NCBI GenBank assembly: GCA_951406725.2
Contig: OX597828.1
Location: 7,812,001 to 7,876,000 of the forward strand
DNA: 64,000 bases
Origin: Octopus vulgaris
Lineage: Eukaryota
Reading direction: 5' to 3'
The notes beneath the pieces are model-generated. The model ran no database searches. It saw only the letters and a list, made by a program, of their open reading frames with translations, and had not been told where the DNA came from. Positions within the stretch are counted from its first letter, which is position 1, and the number at the start of each line of letters is the position of its first letter. Positions 1-13,534 of the stretch are shown here, in pieces. Made by a program: the position numbers and the translations under genes.

Positions 1-1440
1 TATGTCTTGATGACAGTGTTGAAAAAGTCAGTGAAATGGTTAAGAGAGAGATGGCTGTTGATGAAGACGCAAATAATATGCAAATTTTGCATAGTTCTGC
101 CAACGAGGGCATTCAAATCAGTTTTACTAAAGATCAGTGAAATAACAATAATTGTTCAAATCTACAGTAGGCTGACAAGAAGATCTTGTCACGTGATGCG
201 CGCGTTACCAATTGTCACTTTATAAAGAAATACACACTCTCACAGGTCTGTATAAATGTTTGCATCACTGTATGAATGAATATACGAAGGAGTGAAACAA
301 TAATGTAAAAATTCAAGAAAGGTAACGAACTCTAGTCAAAGGATTCAGAGTAGACCACAAGTTTATTTTAAGAAGTAATTACATTGGCTGTGACCAAGTT
401 AGTCACACGTTTTACTGATTTTTAAGTATTCAATTTGATCAAAGATAGGATTTTGTATTTATACAGAAGGTTAGTTTCGAATACCATTACATAATGACGT
501 TAACAATGCAGTTATTTTGCTGTATTTTAGGATGTTATCGTATTAGGTTATCATGCTCTTGTTTTACTTTTTGATACATAAGTTAACAAGTAATATAATT
601 TTGTTTCTTATTCACCTTAACTAAACAAGCATTTTTGAATGTTAACTTTCTTAATTAAGACTTAAGATATTATGAAGAAAATTTATCAACTTAATTTTAG
701 CAGATCGAGAGACCACTGGCGCATTCCTCATAGACTCAAGGTAATCTCGGTTGCGATTGTTTAGCCTCAACACAACCACCATCGAATAGACGAATAATTG
801 TTGGTATCCTGTTTTCTATGTTTGTTTTATAAGCTGTGAGATGTTACTTGAGGCAATGTTAGAAGCAATTTTTACCAGTTCAAGCAACCATGCCGACGAT
901 CCCTTGTTGAATATGGACGCCAACGTTATATGCTGGCGTCTACCTACGCGTAGGCTGATGCCAATGTTTGACTGTTGCAGCTGAGAGAACTGTGCAGTGG
1001 TTATTGCTGCGACTTGAGTTATGCTCAACTCGCCTCGTGTATGACGTTTATAAATATGATTTTAGATTTTAAATTGTTCATAAGCCACCTACATTATTTG
1101 TACTCTACACTTCTACTGTTTTGAAACAGCACATGCTTTCAAAGTTTTTTCTTATAGGTTGACGAGGCGCAGTAAGATTCACTGACGAGAATTGAGATGC
1201 TATGCCTCAGAATTCGAAGTCACGTGATGTGGGTATATCTGCTACTTCAATAGGAGGCCTTGTAGTATATCTGCTACTTCAATAGGGAGGTCTGTCTCAA
1301 TTGTCAACTTACTAAGATAGTAGTTTTTTGTGGCTAATGAGTTGTTTTGATTCTTATTTCTAGCAATGGTGGTACTACTCTGTACCCTTGTCACTTTAGT
1401 GACGTTTATATATATACAAACATGCATATGCACATATATA

Positions 1441-1484
<44 letters not shown>

Positions 1485-1570
1485 CTTGTCACTTTAGTGA
1501 CGTTTATCTCTTATTATAATATATATATAAAAACATGCATATGCATATATATATATATAAGATATAATAT

Positions 1571-1622
<52 letters not shown>

Positions 1623-1629
<7 letters not shown>

Positions 1630-2003
1630 AACGAAAGTTATAGAACAAACAAATGCAAGGTTATCCACATAACATTTCATAACTCGAACATTTAATCATA
1701 GAAAATACATTTAGACATCACGGAAGATGGAATATAATTCATCTGTACAAGCATATAAGAAAGTACGAGAAAAAATGTGTGAATATATTTTTCTTAATCG
1801 CTAAATATTAACTTTTATCCGTGATGAACTGTATTCACATATATTCACACATTTTTCTCGTACTTTCTTATATGCTTGTACAGATGAATTATATTCCATC
1901 TTCCGTGATGTCTAAATGTATTTTCTATGATTAAATGTTTGAGTTATGAAATGTTATGTGGATGACCTTGCGTTTGTTTGTTCTATAACTTTAGTTTGAT
2001 ATA
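1623..2003. repeat. Long inverted repeat (arms ~1623-1788 and ~1839-2003, ~165 bp, few mismatches) abutting (TA)n
   Basis: tatcaaacgaaagttatagaacaaacaaatgcaagg...gtgtgaatatat is the reverse complement of atatattcacac...ccttgcgtttgtttgttctataactttagtttgata. Confidence 0.93.
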
Positions 2004-2183
2004 TTTGTCTCATTCAATTGAGCACTTCTATAGCAGTCCTATTAAACATTTTGTTCCTGATAAGAAACAATCACTGTATTATTGATATATATATATATAA
2101 GAGGTAATGGTGCCATTGAGATCCAAAGGTCTCTTTAAATGCTGTTGGATTTTTCTCATAAGGTATTGGAATCTTATATATAT

Positions 2184-2392
2184 ATACCATTCTACCTAAA
2201 AAATGGATTTTCACATTCAATATCCCTACATATCTCACATCTATTTTCTTTCCTCCACCTCACTCTCTATTTTATATCCCATCTAAATTAATTATTACTT
2301 AACCATCCGCTCACACCGTCTCTGATGAAGGGATATAATTAACAAATATCCTGGAAACAGCTGTAAGACCTTCTATCTATAAATGTTCTTTT
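2184..2392 (+). mobile_element. Penelope-like pseudo-LTR fragment (family H1) carrying a hammerhead motif
   Basis: Lies between (TA)n tracts, contains a hammerhead motif, and has a diverged inverted copy at 2714-2952. Confidence 0.7.
2318..2369 (+). ncRNA. Minimal type-I hammerhead ribozyme (predicted cleavage after GUA at 2365)
   Basis: gtct-CTGATGA-a-gggatat/atatcct stem II-g-GAAA-cagctg (palindromic helix III)-TA-agac; stem I is gtct/agac. Confidence 0.8.
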
Positions 2393-2395
2393 AAA

Positions 2396-2469
<74 letters not shown>

Positions 2470-2475
<6 letters not shown>

Positions 2476-2677
2476 TGCAGCACGGACTTTGTCAGTGAAC
2501 AGGTCGCGGATTTTAGCGACGAAAATATTTTGACAAATTAAACTTAAATGTTGAAGTGAATCGAACGGCTTTTGTGTGTTTCTTAAATGGCTTATAAACA
2601 CCTTCCACGCTGCAATTGTTTTCGTTTCAGCAAACGATCTCAGATCAAATTACTTGCTATATGCGAGTACATCTCTG

Positions 2678-2679
<2 letters not shown>
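2470..2679. mobile_element. Probable small non-autonomous DNA transposon inserted in (TA)n
   Basis: Unique 210-bp block flanked by TA repeats with weak inverted ends (gagatgca / tacatctc). Confidence 0.35.
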
Positions 2680-2713
<34 letters not shown>

Positions 2714-2952
2714 GATAGAATGAGATAAAAATCCAAGGCTGTGAAAGATTTCAGAACATTTATAAAGAGGTCTTACAGCTGTTTCCGGGATATTTTATAT
2801 ATCCCTTCATCGGAGACGGTTCGAGAGACTGGTTAAGCAATAAATATTCTAGAGAAGATATGAAATAGAGAGTGAAGTGGAGGAATGAAAACAGACATGA
2901 GATATGCAGGGATATTGTAACTGCAGTTCCATTATTTAAGTAGAATGGTATA
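2714..2952 (-). mobile_element. Penelope-like pseudo-LTR fragment (family H1), inverted relative to 2184-2392
   Basis: Reverse-complement similarity from taccattctac through the hammerhead motif. Confidence 0.7.
2770..2817 (-). ncRNA. Hammerhead ribozyme variant (core CCGAUGA, U4C)
   Basis: Reverse complement reads gtct-CCGATGA-a-gggatat ataaa atatccc-g-GAAA-cagctg-TA-agac. Confidence 0.65.
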
Positions 2953-3954
2953 CATATAAGTTTCCTGTGCCTTGTGTGTAAGTTCCCATAGTATTTAATT
3001 GTATATATAATATATACATAGATACATACATACATATATACATACATGCATTTATACATGCATAAATACATACATACACATATATATGGAAATATATATG
3101 CATATACGTACATACACATATATGTATGTATAAACATACATAATTGCATGTAAGGCCTCTGCCACATGATTTTAGCACCTGTGTTGTTCGTCCAACATAA
3201 ATCGACGTACATGTATAAACACACAAAAATACAGGCACAAATGCATAGAATCAGTGAGAGAGAGAGAGAGGGAGAGAGGAAGAGAGAGAAGGTGAGAGAG
3301 AGAAAGAGAGAGAGAGGGAGAAGGAAAGAAAGAAAACCAGAGTGTAAGAAAGAGATGCATGAGAAAGAAAGTAGCGGGAAAATGTAGTAAAAGAAGTGAA
3401 TCTAGAAATATTCCGACTCCGTGGGAATGATTTCATACAAGGAGCGTTTGTTATTTCGTTCTTGTTTCATAAGCAACTTGTGCTTTGCTATTTCTGTAAC
3501 AGAAATGAGAAAGCGAGACAGAAACTTTTGTATTGTGTGGGTGGTAAAGAATCCGGCTTGTGAAACAAAATGCGGACAAGATAAGAAATAAAGAAAAGTA
3601 CGTGAGTGATTACTATAGAGAAGCGGCGGAAATATGTAAGGCGAGAAAGAACGTGAGAGCGAGAGTGAGAGACTGAAAGAGAGTGTATGAGGGTGAATGA
3701 GAGTGAGTGACTGGAGAGGTAGAAAAAAACATGAAAGAAAGATAGAGTTGGAGAAAGATGAAAGCTAAGAAAACCGTGTGGGAAAAGTAATGCGTTTCGG
3801 CTACGTATAGATATTTAGAGGAAACTTCAAAATGAATTTATACAATTACACACACACATGCATAAACATGCAAATGTCTGTTATTCATCTAAACTCCCTC
3901 TCGCTCTATATCTACCCCCTTCCTCTCTTCTCTCTATGTGTGAATGTGAGCGTG

Positions 3955-4017
<63 letters not shown>

Positions 4018-4039
4018 GTACAGTGTGCGTAAGTTATTT

Positions 4040-5190
4040 GAGGACTTAACTTTTTTGAGGGTCATTGCTGCATTTTTAGCTAACTCTGTATAATCTTTGT
4101 CTCAGAAAATAATAATTGTAGGCCCTCAGTTTACATAAGAAATGTAGAGGCATGCTGTTGTGATTATAAAGGATGTAAGTAGCGAGAGACTGAAGATGGA
4201 AACATATAACCAATATCAAAGCATTCTAAACGTTCTGAAATTATCAGAACACCTGAATTTATCCAAATAGTTGAACAGATTACTGATGACAATTCCATAA
4301 AGTCCATGAGATCAATTGCAAAGACCTTCATGTGTCAGAAGGAACAGTCAGAAATGTTGTTCCCGAAGACATCAGATATAAGTCTAATACGGTGAGGAAA
4401 GGTCAATTTGTCAGAAAAAAAAAAGAAAAAAGAAAAAAGAAAATGCACTACATCAGATCTAAGAGGCACTTAAACAATCTGAAAAATCCAGCAAAAGATT
4501 TGATTTTGTTTTTCTCAAGCGAGAAAAACTTCGGCCAAGATTAAAAAGTTAACAGAAGAAATGACAGATGGTCAGACCCTTCTAATGTTCTAAGTGTTAA
4601 GAATACAAAATTTCCTGAAATTCTCATGGTTTTAGGGGTTGTCAGCAATGAACGACATGTGATGCCTCCTTACTTCTTTCCACAAAGCCTTAGAGTTGAC
4701 TCCTTCCGCATACGTTGAGGTCCAGGAAACAATTGTTAAGCACTGGATTAACAGTGCATGTAAGGCGATATGAGTTTCAGTAAGACTCTGCACTATCACT
4801 CAAGCCTATGGTAACACAGGAAAGGAGGGCTAAACATTTTTCTGATCACATGACTCCTAATATTTGGCTTCCTAATTCCCCAGATCTCAATCCACTGGAC
4901 TATATTACATGTGGAGCGTTGCAGAGAGAGAGGTCAATGAACACGCTCATGACACCAAAGATTCTTTGAAAGCTGCCATAGTCAGAGTAATATCCAAAAT
5001 GTATCAGGACCACTTGATTCGAGCATATAGATGATGTAGATCTCATATAGAGGCAGTTCTTGAAGCTGAAGGTGGTTTTATTGAATAACATGATAGAAAA
5101 GAAGGTTTATTATTTTTTAAATCTTCATATCAGTTTTTGATAAATTAAGTTATAACTTGCAATTATATATCTGTTTTCCTCTTTATAAAT
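4040..5190 (+). mobile_element. Decayed Tc1/mariner transposon, DD37D (maT/Bmmar1-like)
   Basis: Frameshifted translation gives KSMRSIAK..VSEGTVRNVVPEDIRYKS, FFSSEKNF, KFPEILMVLGVVSNE.HVMPPYFF and IWLPNSPDLNPLDY; ends approximate. Confidence 0.85.
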
Positions 5191-5319
5191 GTATATTTCT
5201 ATACACACTCACACATATATATATACGTATGTGTCTTTATATACTTATGTATGTATGTATGTATGTATGTATGTATGTATGTATGTATGTATGTATGTAT
5301 GTATGTATGTATGCATGCA

Positions 5320-5371
<52 letters not shown>

Positions 5372-5381
5372 TATACTTATA

Positions 5382-5725
5382 TGCGCAGGAGTGACTGGAC
5401 TGTGTGGTAAGAAGCCTGCGGCCCAACCACATGGTTCAGGGTTCAGTCCCACGCAGATTTGGTTGAAGGAAACTTAAAGAAGCTCGTCGTGTATCTATAT
5501 GTATACATGCTTGTGTGTCTGTGTTTGTCCCCCACCACTGCTTAACAACCGATGTTGGTGTGTTTACGTCCCCGTAACTTAATGATTCAGCAAAAGAAAC
5601 CTATAGAATAAATACTAGGCATACAAGGAATAAGTCCTGGGGTCGATTTGTTCAACTGAAGGTGGTGCTCCAGCATGGTTGCAGTCAAATGACTGAAACC
5701 AATAAAAGAATACAAGAATAAAAGA
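5382..5725 (+). mobile_element. SINE family A (tRNA head, CORE-like), internally deleted
   Basis: Matches the full copy at 26894-27318; tail cagtcaaatgactgaaac...taaaagaa. Confidence 0.9.
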
Positions 5726-6119
5726 ATATATATACGTGTATGTATAGATATACATGCTCATATATATATATATATATATGCATGTATATATACAGAGAGA
5801 GAGAGAGTGAGGGAGAGAGCGAGAGAGGGACAGAGATATGTTCATATACAAATATATATACTATATATATATATACACATACAGCTATAAATAACTATAA
5901 ATGAGGGTGTCTGAGAGACACCACCATGCCGAAATAGCAGTCAAATCCCTGACTCTAAAAACCACCTTAAATGTTCAAATCGCACCATGAAATAAGACAG
6001 AGGGACAAAATAAACTAGCAAAAAAATATTACTGAATAATTCAAGATCCTGGATTTCTAGCTTTGCTTCAAATAAGCTTTGCATTCATCAGTTGAATATA
6101 TCAGATAAATTCATAAATT

Positions 6120-6224
<105 letters not shown>

Positions 6225-7806
6225 ATATATATGTGTGTATGTGTGTTTGTGTGTTTGTGTGTGTCACTGTATATGTCTGTGTATGCCTGCATCTGTTTCC
6301 TTTTTGTGTTCACATGTGCGATTGTATGCATTCAAATTTTTATATATTTTTTCTTTTCTATTAAAGTTTTTGTCTAAAGGTGGTAGTAATAACATGGTTA
6401 ACAAACGTAAGTCATGTGATTTATTCCATGAATAACCTCAAAATAAAATTTTCTGATCAAGAAACTGAGACCGGAATATCGGGAAACCATTAAGCTAGAA
6501 AAACTAACGACCCCCCAAAAATAAAAGAGCTCACGAAAAATCCAGCATTATTTGATAATTTGAAAGGTAATGCGAGGTACAACTTTTTCATATCCCTACC
6601 ATTTAAATGTCACAATGAAACTTCTTAGAAGTCGTTGCTCTACGGGGCTCTATCTCTGGCAGGAAAGCGAAAGTGGTCTGACTAGCTGCCAGCTTTCTTA
6701 CACCTTTATCAGAAACAGAATATATGCTCTTAGTCTGTGGAGAAAATAGTAGCTGATAACTATTCGTAAAGCCTACAAAATCAGACAGTCAAACCGGTTC
6801 ATCTAAATTGCCTAAGAACACTTTTATTGAAAGCATGTTTAATTAATTGATTACTTAATTGATTAATTGTACATCGTTTTTTGATCGTTCAAAATTAAGT
6901 GTATACTATTTGATAAACTTATAATTTTAGCGTCACTGTGATACAACAAAGTAGTTACACCACATGTTTTTCTCTCTTTTGGGACAGAATAAACTTGGAA
7001 CTCCACAGAGAATAGGACATCATCTATCTAGTTTGTCAATTGAATATGATATCACTAACCAGGTAACTGGTTAACTAATTAATAATGTACTGAGAAATAG
7101 ACTGGGGATAATTTAAAAGATAATCTAAGATAGATTTTTATGAAATAAAATAAAGCAAGCGTGTTAGCCTTGCCGTGAAAAATTAAACAAAGCAGCTACA
7201 GGACGATATTTAATCAAATTTCAAGCGAAAGAGTCAGATTGAGCTGACAAATATCTTAATTTCTTGGACAAGTTTGAAATTAGAAGAGCAATTTTTCCTG
7301 ATGAAGCTCTTCTGAGATTGATAAAAACCATTCTACATTTTCTTGAAAAATCCTACATTTTCTCTCCTTAGCAGTTACAAGCATTGTAACTATTATACTT
7401 CACTTTGAGATTCATGTGTAACAAAAACGTTACAGCTTACGTTATATTTCAAATGACACCCAAGTAACAAGCTGTGTGCTCTTATTTAATTAATTGGCCG
7501 TATTATCAGCGCATGAAGCCCTATGTAAAACCATACAGAACGGTTTAGCTGTGCCTGAAAATTTTTCAATGTAAATAGCTATGAGATATACTTCCCCGTT
7601 GACAGATGATGGGTATTTTTTCCTATGCCGTATAATTTGAGAATAAATTAAATTCCCTCCTAATTTTTGCATTTTTTGCTCACAGATACATCAAAACCAA
7701 TGCCGAAAAAACTGTTTCATGCCCACAGAGAGGTTAAAATTGAATATTTAACGAACTAATTAATTTAGGAAACTGATGTGTGTGTGTGTGTGTGCGTGCA
7801 TGTAGG

Positions 7807-7850
<44 letters not shown>

Positions 7851-8384
7851 GCCTACATGATTTGAATTGAAAAGTAATTGCCTCTGCATTCGAGATTATA
7901 ACCGAGATTCGATTAATTTTTTTGTTAATCTAATTATTTCAGGATATTTATAAAGCTAAGAACTTTGCAAAAATCTGAAACATTTCTACACCCGTCTTTC
8001 TAAATTTGAGAATCTATTTCTTATCTTAAATCTGTTAACATTCCATGGGAAAATAGAAAATAGGAAAATTGAAACTTTCGTGCAAAAACATCAGCAACAT
8101 AATCAACAATATTTAAACCAACTTTGAAAACGATTAAGACTATTATTGTATTAAAGGAAAAATTTTGGAAGCTACAGTAAATTTTATAAATATACTTAGA
8201 TCTTTCTAGAATTAATGATGCTTTTCTATTGGAAAGAAAATGATGAATCTGTAGTGTTTAGCTCCAGTGGATATAATAAAATTTAATAATTTATTGTATA
8301 TTTGTTTGGTAAACTTCAGAAAGATGAAACTAGAAGCGGGCATCGATAATATTTTAATTGACAGGTTACAGGGATAATTCTTTA

Positions 8385-8850
8385 GCTCTTTTACTTCTCA
8401 TTCGAATATGGCCACACTGGAGCACTACCTTATTGGTGTAGCCTGACAAACTACTATCCCAGTATTCATATTTCTAAAGTCTTGTTATTTTATCATTTCC
8501 TTTGATCGAACCACTAAGTTACGAACGCAATCTAACACTAGTTGTCAAGCGGTGTCAAGCAGAAATACAGAAGCGCACACAAACATACATAAATATATGC
8601 ACACCAACAGACACACATATACATATGTGTTTATGTGGGTGTATATATATATATATATATGTATGTGTATACAATAGGTTTCCATCCAGATTCCGTCTAC
8701 TAAATTCACTGACGAGGGATTGGTCAGCCCGTGGCCATAGTAGAAGAACACTGGCCCATATTGATCCAAGATGCCGTACACAGAAACTGAATCCACATTT
8801 ACTTGGTTGTGAAGCGAACTTCTATGCCACACAGCCATGTCTGCTCCTAG
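8385..8850 (-). mobile_element. SINE family A, old diverged copy
   Basis: Reverse-complement motifs ttccgtctactaaattcact, tggccacactggagcac and acacagcca. Confidence 0.75.
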
Positions 8851-8882
8851 TCGAACTAAATTTGATATTAAATTTATTCAAT

Positions 8883-9018
8883 ACTAGCAGTATCGCCCGG
8901 CGTTGCTTGGGTTTGTTTCGACCCTTTAGAATTGGGTCTCGGAGGAGATAGTGTTAATTGAAGGCTACCAAACCTGTCACACATACACAGACAACTTCAG
9001 CTTTATATATAGAGAGAT
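8883..9018 (+). mobile_element. Short Helentron/HINE-like non-autonomous element
   Basis: Same start actagcagtatcgcccgg and similar end cacagacaa...tttatatatagagagat as the copy at 21033-21421. Confidence 0.6.
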
Positions 9019-10435
9019 TAAGTGCTATTGTATTATCTCACCCTACTACGCTCTTATAACCAATGCTGATTTAGGCAATTGACACACGACCTAATGGCCA
9101 TGCTTTATCAGAAGACGGTTATAATTCGCTAAAGAGACTGCAGTATGTTTTTTATACTCTTTCTATTTACTCAGGAAAAATACATGGCTGAATCAACTTA
9201 GATGGAAATCGAATCCACGAGGTAACCTGATAATTGTAAACACCGAACATGAAAGATTAGCGATGTTATCGATATCAAGAGATTTTATTCTGCTCTTACT
9301 CATTCGTACCTGACATGTTTTTCCGCTAACGGGATATTCTTTAGATGTTCTTGTAAATATATGTTATTCTTTCCCGAACTATGTATAAAGAAAGGAACAG
9401 AATTGTATGCTGTTGATGTAATTCGTAAGTGTATTAATGGCGAAAAGGATGTGAATTCGGTTCAGCTGTAAATAGAAGCTCCTCCCATGGTTTTGAAGTG
9501 CAAAAGAAAATTGGCCAAAATAAGTCCGGAGTGGGATGATGAGGGAGGAGGGGCTGTAAAAAATTTCATAACTGTTTTCCATACAAAGATGCCCCTCACC
9601 ACGACATCATTTCGAAGACTGTGGTTTTAAAAAATGGGGGGAAATCCCTGTTACAACAGAGTATTTATAACTTATTTGGTCTTCCTCAAACAAAACTTCT
9701 CTCCCCACCCCTCGGAAAAGATTTTCTCCACAAATTTCCTTATAATTATAATCTATGCCATTTGAAAGGTATTTGTATAAACTTTCATTAAAAAATAGTA
9801 GGAATCATGTGAATTTTTCTGAAACTCTTTTCTCCCCACCCCCAGAAAAATTCATTCTCATAAATCTCTATATACTCTGAAGCTACAACATCTAAGCGGT
9901 ATTTGTACAAAATTTTGTTAAAAAGTATCCATTTTCTGGATGCTATGCGGCAACAGATTTGGTGGCATATACATCTGTATTTTATACATACGACTTTTCC
10001 ATTGCATATTTATTTCGCTCATTGTTTGCAATGTTCCCTCTCCTCCTCATTGTTTGCAACGTTCTCTCCCCCTCTTTCTCATACACACACATTGCAAAGC
10101 TTACAGATGAGTTGCTGAATTGAAATCTCCATATTGCCTTGAGGGACACGTAAAACTTGACAAATTTCTTCCCCTACGTAGTTGGACAACCTTGATGTTT
10201 GCTTAAAAAGAAAGAGAGATTATAGCTGCGATAAAATAATGATAGCAATATTTACTAAGCAAATGAGCACCATTATACAAAGAAATAATTAGATGTAAAA
10301 TATCGTAAAAATAATTAGAATTGGGATTCAAATGTGAAAATATTATAAATGGCTAGCAGAAAACCACCCGGATGGCTGTCTTTCTGCTTGCATTGATAAT
10401 ATTCCTTCCAAGCTTCTGATGTATTTTCTACACAT

Positions 10436-10601
10436 AGGCGTAGGAGTGGCTGCATGGTAAGAAGCTTGCTTCTAAAACTACATCGTACCGGGTTCAGTCA
10501 CACTTCATGACATTTTGGGCAAGTATTTTCTGTTATTACTTTGTGCCGAGCAAAGCCTTGTGAGTAGATTTGGTAGACGGAAACTGAAAGAAGCCCGTCG
10601 C

Positions 10602-10634
<33 letters not shown>

Positions 10635-10900
10635 TACATAGGAATATATACCTATGTATCTATGTATATCTTTGTATGTGTGTCTAATTGTGTTTGCCCC
10701 ATCTTGACAACCGGTGATGGTTTTTTGCTTCACCGTAACTTAACGGTTCGGCAAAAGAGACTGATAGAATAAGTACTAGACTTTTAAAAAATAAGTTCTG
10801 TGGGTCGCTTTATTCGACTAAAATCCCTTGAAGGCTGTGCTCCAGCATGGCCACAGTCAATCAAATGACTGAAACAAGTAAAAAAGTTAAAGAATAAAGA
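10436..10900 (+). mobile_element. SINE family A
   Basis: taggcgtaggagtggctg head, ttgggcaagt core, internal (TA)n, conserved tail. Confidence 0.92.
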
Positions 10901-11944
10901 TCTTAAATCTTTCTGTCAGTAGAGTTTATCTTCGAAATAAAATTGATATTTTGAGCCAGTACAATCCTTTCGGGGTTGATAAAATAGGTACCAATTGAGC
11001 ACTGAAATCGACTTACCCCTAGCCGATAACTGTTGGCCTAGTGCCAACACTCGAAACCAATTTTACTCTTTAGAAAAATATATATTGTGTCAATTAATAA
11101 GTAAATTATTGGTGAACCGAAAATGCGATACAGATTCCATTTTCGACAGACACAACTCAATGCCATTTAGTTTGCATATAGTATTATTTGGCATTTATGT
11201 GAAATTTACGGTTCATCCCTCTCCAAGTTATATCATTTAATTACTAGGTATCGACTAGAATTCATTCAAACAGCTATATGTTCAACTTACTCCTGTATAA
11301 CATTGTATAGTGTGAAGAGAAATCAATATTTTCACGCAGTAATCTCAGTGGGCTTTGATTAACATTGTAGAAAACATACTTTAAATGTTCATGAGACCTA
11401 ACATAAATAATTGTTTCTCACCTTACATAAACTTAACGTGTGACGCTGAGAAAAAAAAAAAGGTGAAAGTAACTATTTGAATTTCTAGCTTTTACGTCTT
11501 CGTTCAGATCAAATTCAAATAAAACGATGTGAAATGAAATCCCTCAAAGAATAACATCGCAATCGTGTAGAACATTGCAATATTTTAGTAAGGAACTGTT
11601 ATCAGTTTGGAGAGAGTAGCAACTTCTGAAGACAACTGCTACACCATGGCATTTCTATTCTTCGCTTCACCTGTTTCTCACACAGAAAGAAACGGCAGGA
11701 ATTCTATGTATTTGAAATAGATAAAAATAAGCACTGTACACACATATACACAAGCACGTAAATACATATTCAGACACACACTTGCATATTAGTGCATACA
11801 TAAATACACGAATAGATATAAATATGCATATACATACACATAAACATATATACACAATCCTCACAAATATATGCGCATACGTGAGTACATAGATATACAC
11901 GAACAAGTAGAGACATACACGTGTAATTTCAAATATGCATATAC

Positions 11945-12100
11945 AGGCATAGCTGTGTGTAGTAATAAGTTTGCCTCCCAACAACATGGTTCCAGGCACA
12001 GTTACATTGTGTGGCACTTTGCGTTAGATAAAATCTGGTCAAACGAAAACTTGTGCGTGGATTTGGTAAACGGAAATTGAATTGAAGAAACCTTCCGTAG
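11945..12100 (+). mobile_element. SINE family A, 5' half
   Basis: gctgtgtgtagtaataagtttgcctcccaacaacatggttcc...ggatttggtaaacggaaattga. Confidence 0.75.
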
Positions 12101-12148
12101 ATATATATATATATATATATTAGATAACAAATCGTAGGGTATACACAT

Positions 12149-12990
12149 ATTCAGAGTGTCTCAAAAGTCACTGATGGGTTTCAATTTTTAATAACTTCCT
12201 TAACTTTACAAACAGAAGCATGAAATTTTAATACAATACAAAGGACAAAATGGAAATTAATACGCACAAATCAAATTTTGCAACACCACTCATGAAACAT
12301 GATATCGCTTAGGTGGCAGCCACTTTTGGCTTCGCACGCCTGTGCTCTTTCCAAACCTGGCACCATAACACTCTCTGATTTCTCTACTGGTGTTCTTCTA
12401 TTGCACCACGATCTCTGGTTTGTTGACGTAAGCCCTCTCTTTCAGGTATACCCACAAGAAAAAAATCCGGGCTTGTTAAGTCTGAGGAACGTGAAGGCCA
12501 GGTGATATTGCCGTAGAGGGAGATTTTTCCCTCTCAATAGCACTACCGTAGCAACTGCATTGTTTTTCTTGCGGTACGATCAATTGTCCCATCTTGCTAG
12601 AAACATGCGTGAGGTCTACTTTGAATGGCCTTCACGTCCCGTATACTTGACTAGTCCGGAGTTTTTCTTTTGGAGATACCTGAAGATCCTGGTGCAACTT
12701 CGGGAGAACATCAATAGAGAATCAAAGAAGCGGGGTCTGAAACTCTTGAGTGTTATGATGCAATTTTTGGAAAGAGCACGGGCGTGCGAAGCCGAAAATG
12801 GGTGCCATTTAAGCGATGTCATTTTTTTCATATGTGATGTAGTGGTGTTGCAAAATTTGGCTTATGTATATTAATTTCCGTAATAATTAATTTCCATTAT
12901 ATACTATCAAAATTCCTTGCATTTATTTGGAAAGTTAAGGAAGTTATTAAAAATTGAACGCCATCAGTGACTTTTTGGGACAACCTGCAT
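12149..12990. mobile_element. Non-autonomous Tc1/mariner (DD41D-like) made of two inverted right ends
   Basis: Long TIRs (cagagtgtctcaaaagtcactgatgg / ccatcagtgactttttgggacaacctg); WPSR..DLTSPDFF.LW.YLK motif on - (12440-12510) and on + (12625-12685). Confidence 0.82.
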
Positions 12991-13534
12991 ATAAGTATGC
13001 CTAAGTGTATGTGTGTGTGTGTGTGTGTATGCATGCGTGATTGTGTGTGTGTGTGAGAGGTCAGTAGGTCAAATATTCGAAAAGGAAGAACACTCTAAAC
13101 ATTAGAGTAAGTAATAGAGGGTTGTTTGTTATGGCAGAAAGAGAGCATTGGTTATTCAACTTTCAAGCGCTTTACTGTATTAGTTCGAAACCAATAGCAA
13201 CGCTGACCAGCCTTAAGAAACACCCTTCTAAATACACACATACACACACGCAAGCACGCACACACGAATACACACACGCACATACACAGGCACATATGTA
13301 TTTATATATGTGTGTTATATGTATGTATGCATTTATCTATGTGAATGTGCCTTTTTCATTTTGTATTTGTCCTCCACACCGCATGAAAACCAGTGTTAGG
13401 TTATTTATGTCCCAGTAGCTAACGAGGTCGATTTGTTTGACTGAGACTCGTCAGAGCAGTATTCCACCATGGCCCTAAATAGAAAAGAAAAAAATATTAA
13501 TACACAGACATTAAATGCAAAGTATTAGCTGTGT

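Noticed and set aside
1-1050. Coding-like sequence, possibly a piggyBac cysteine-rich tail or exons
   Set aside because: No frame gave a convincing motif; stops in all frames
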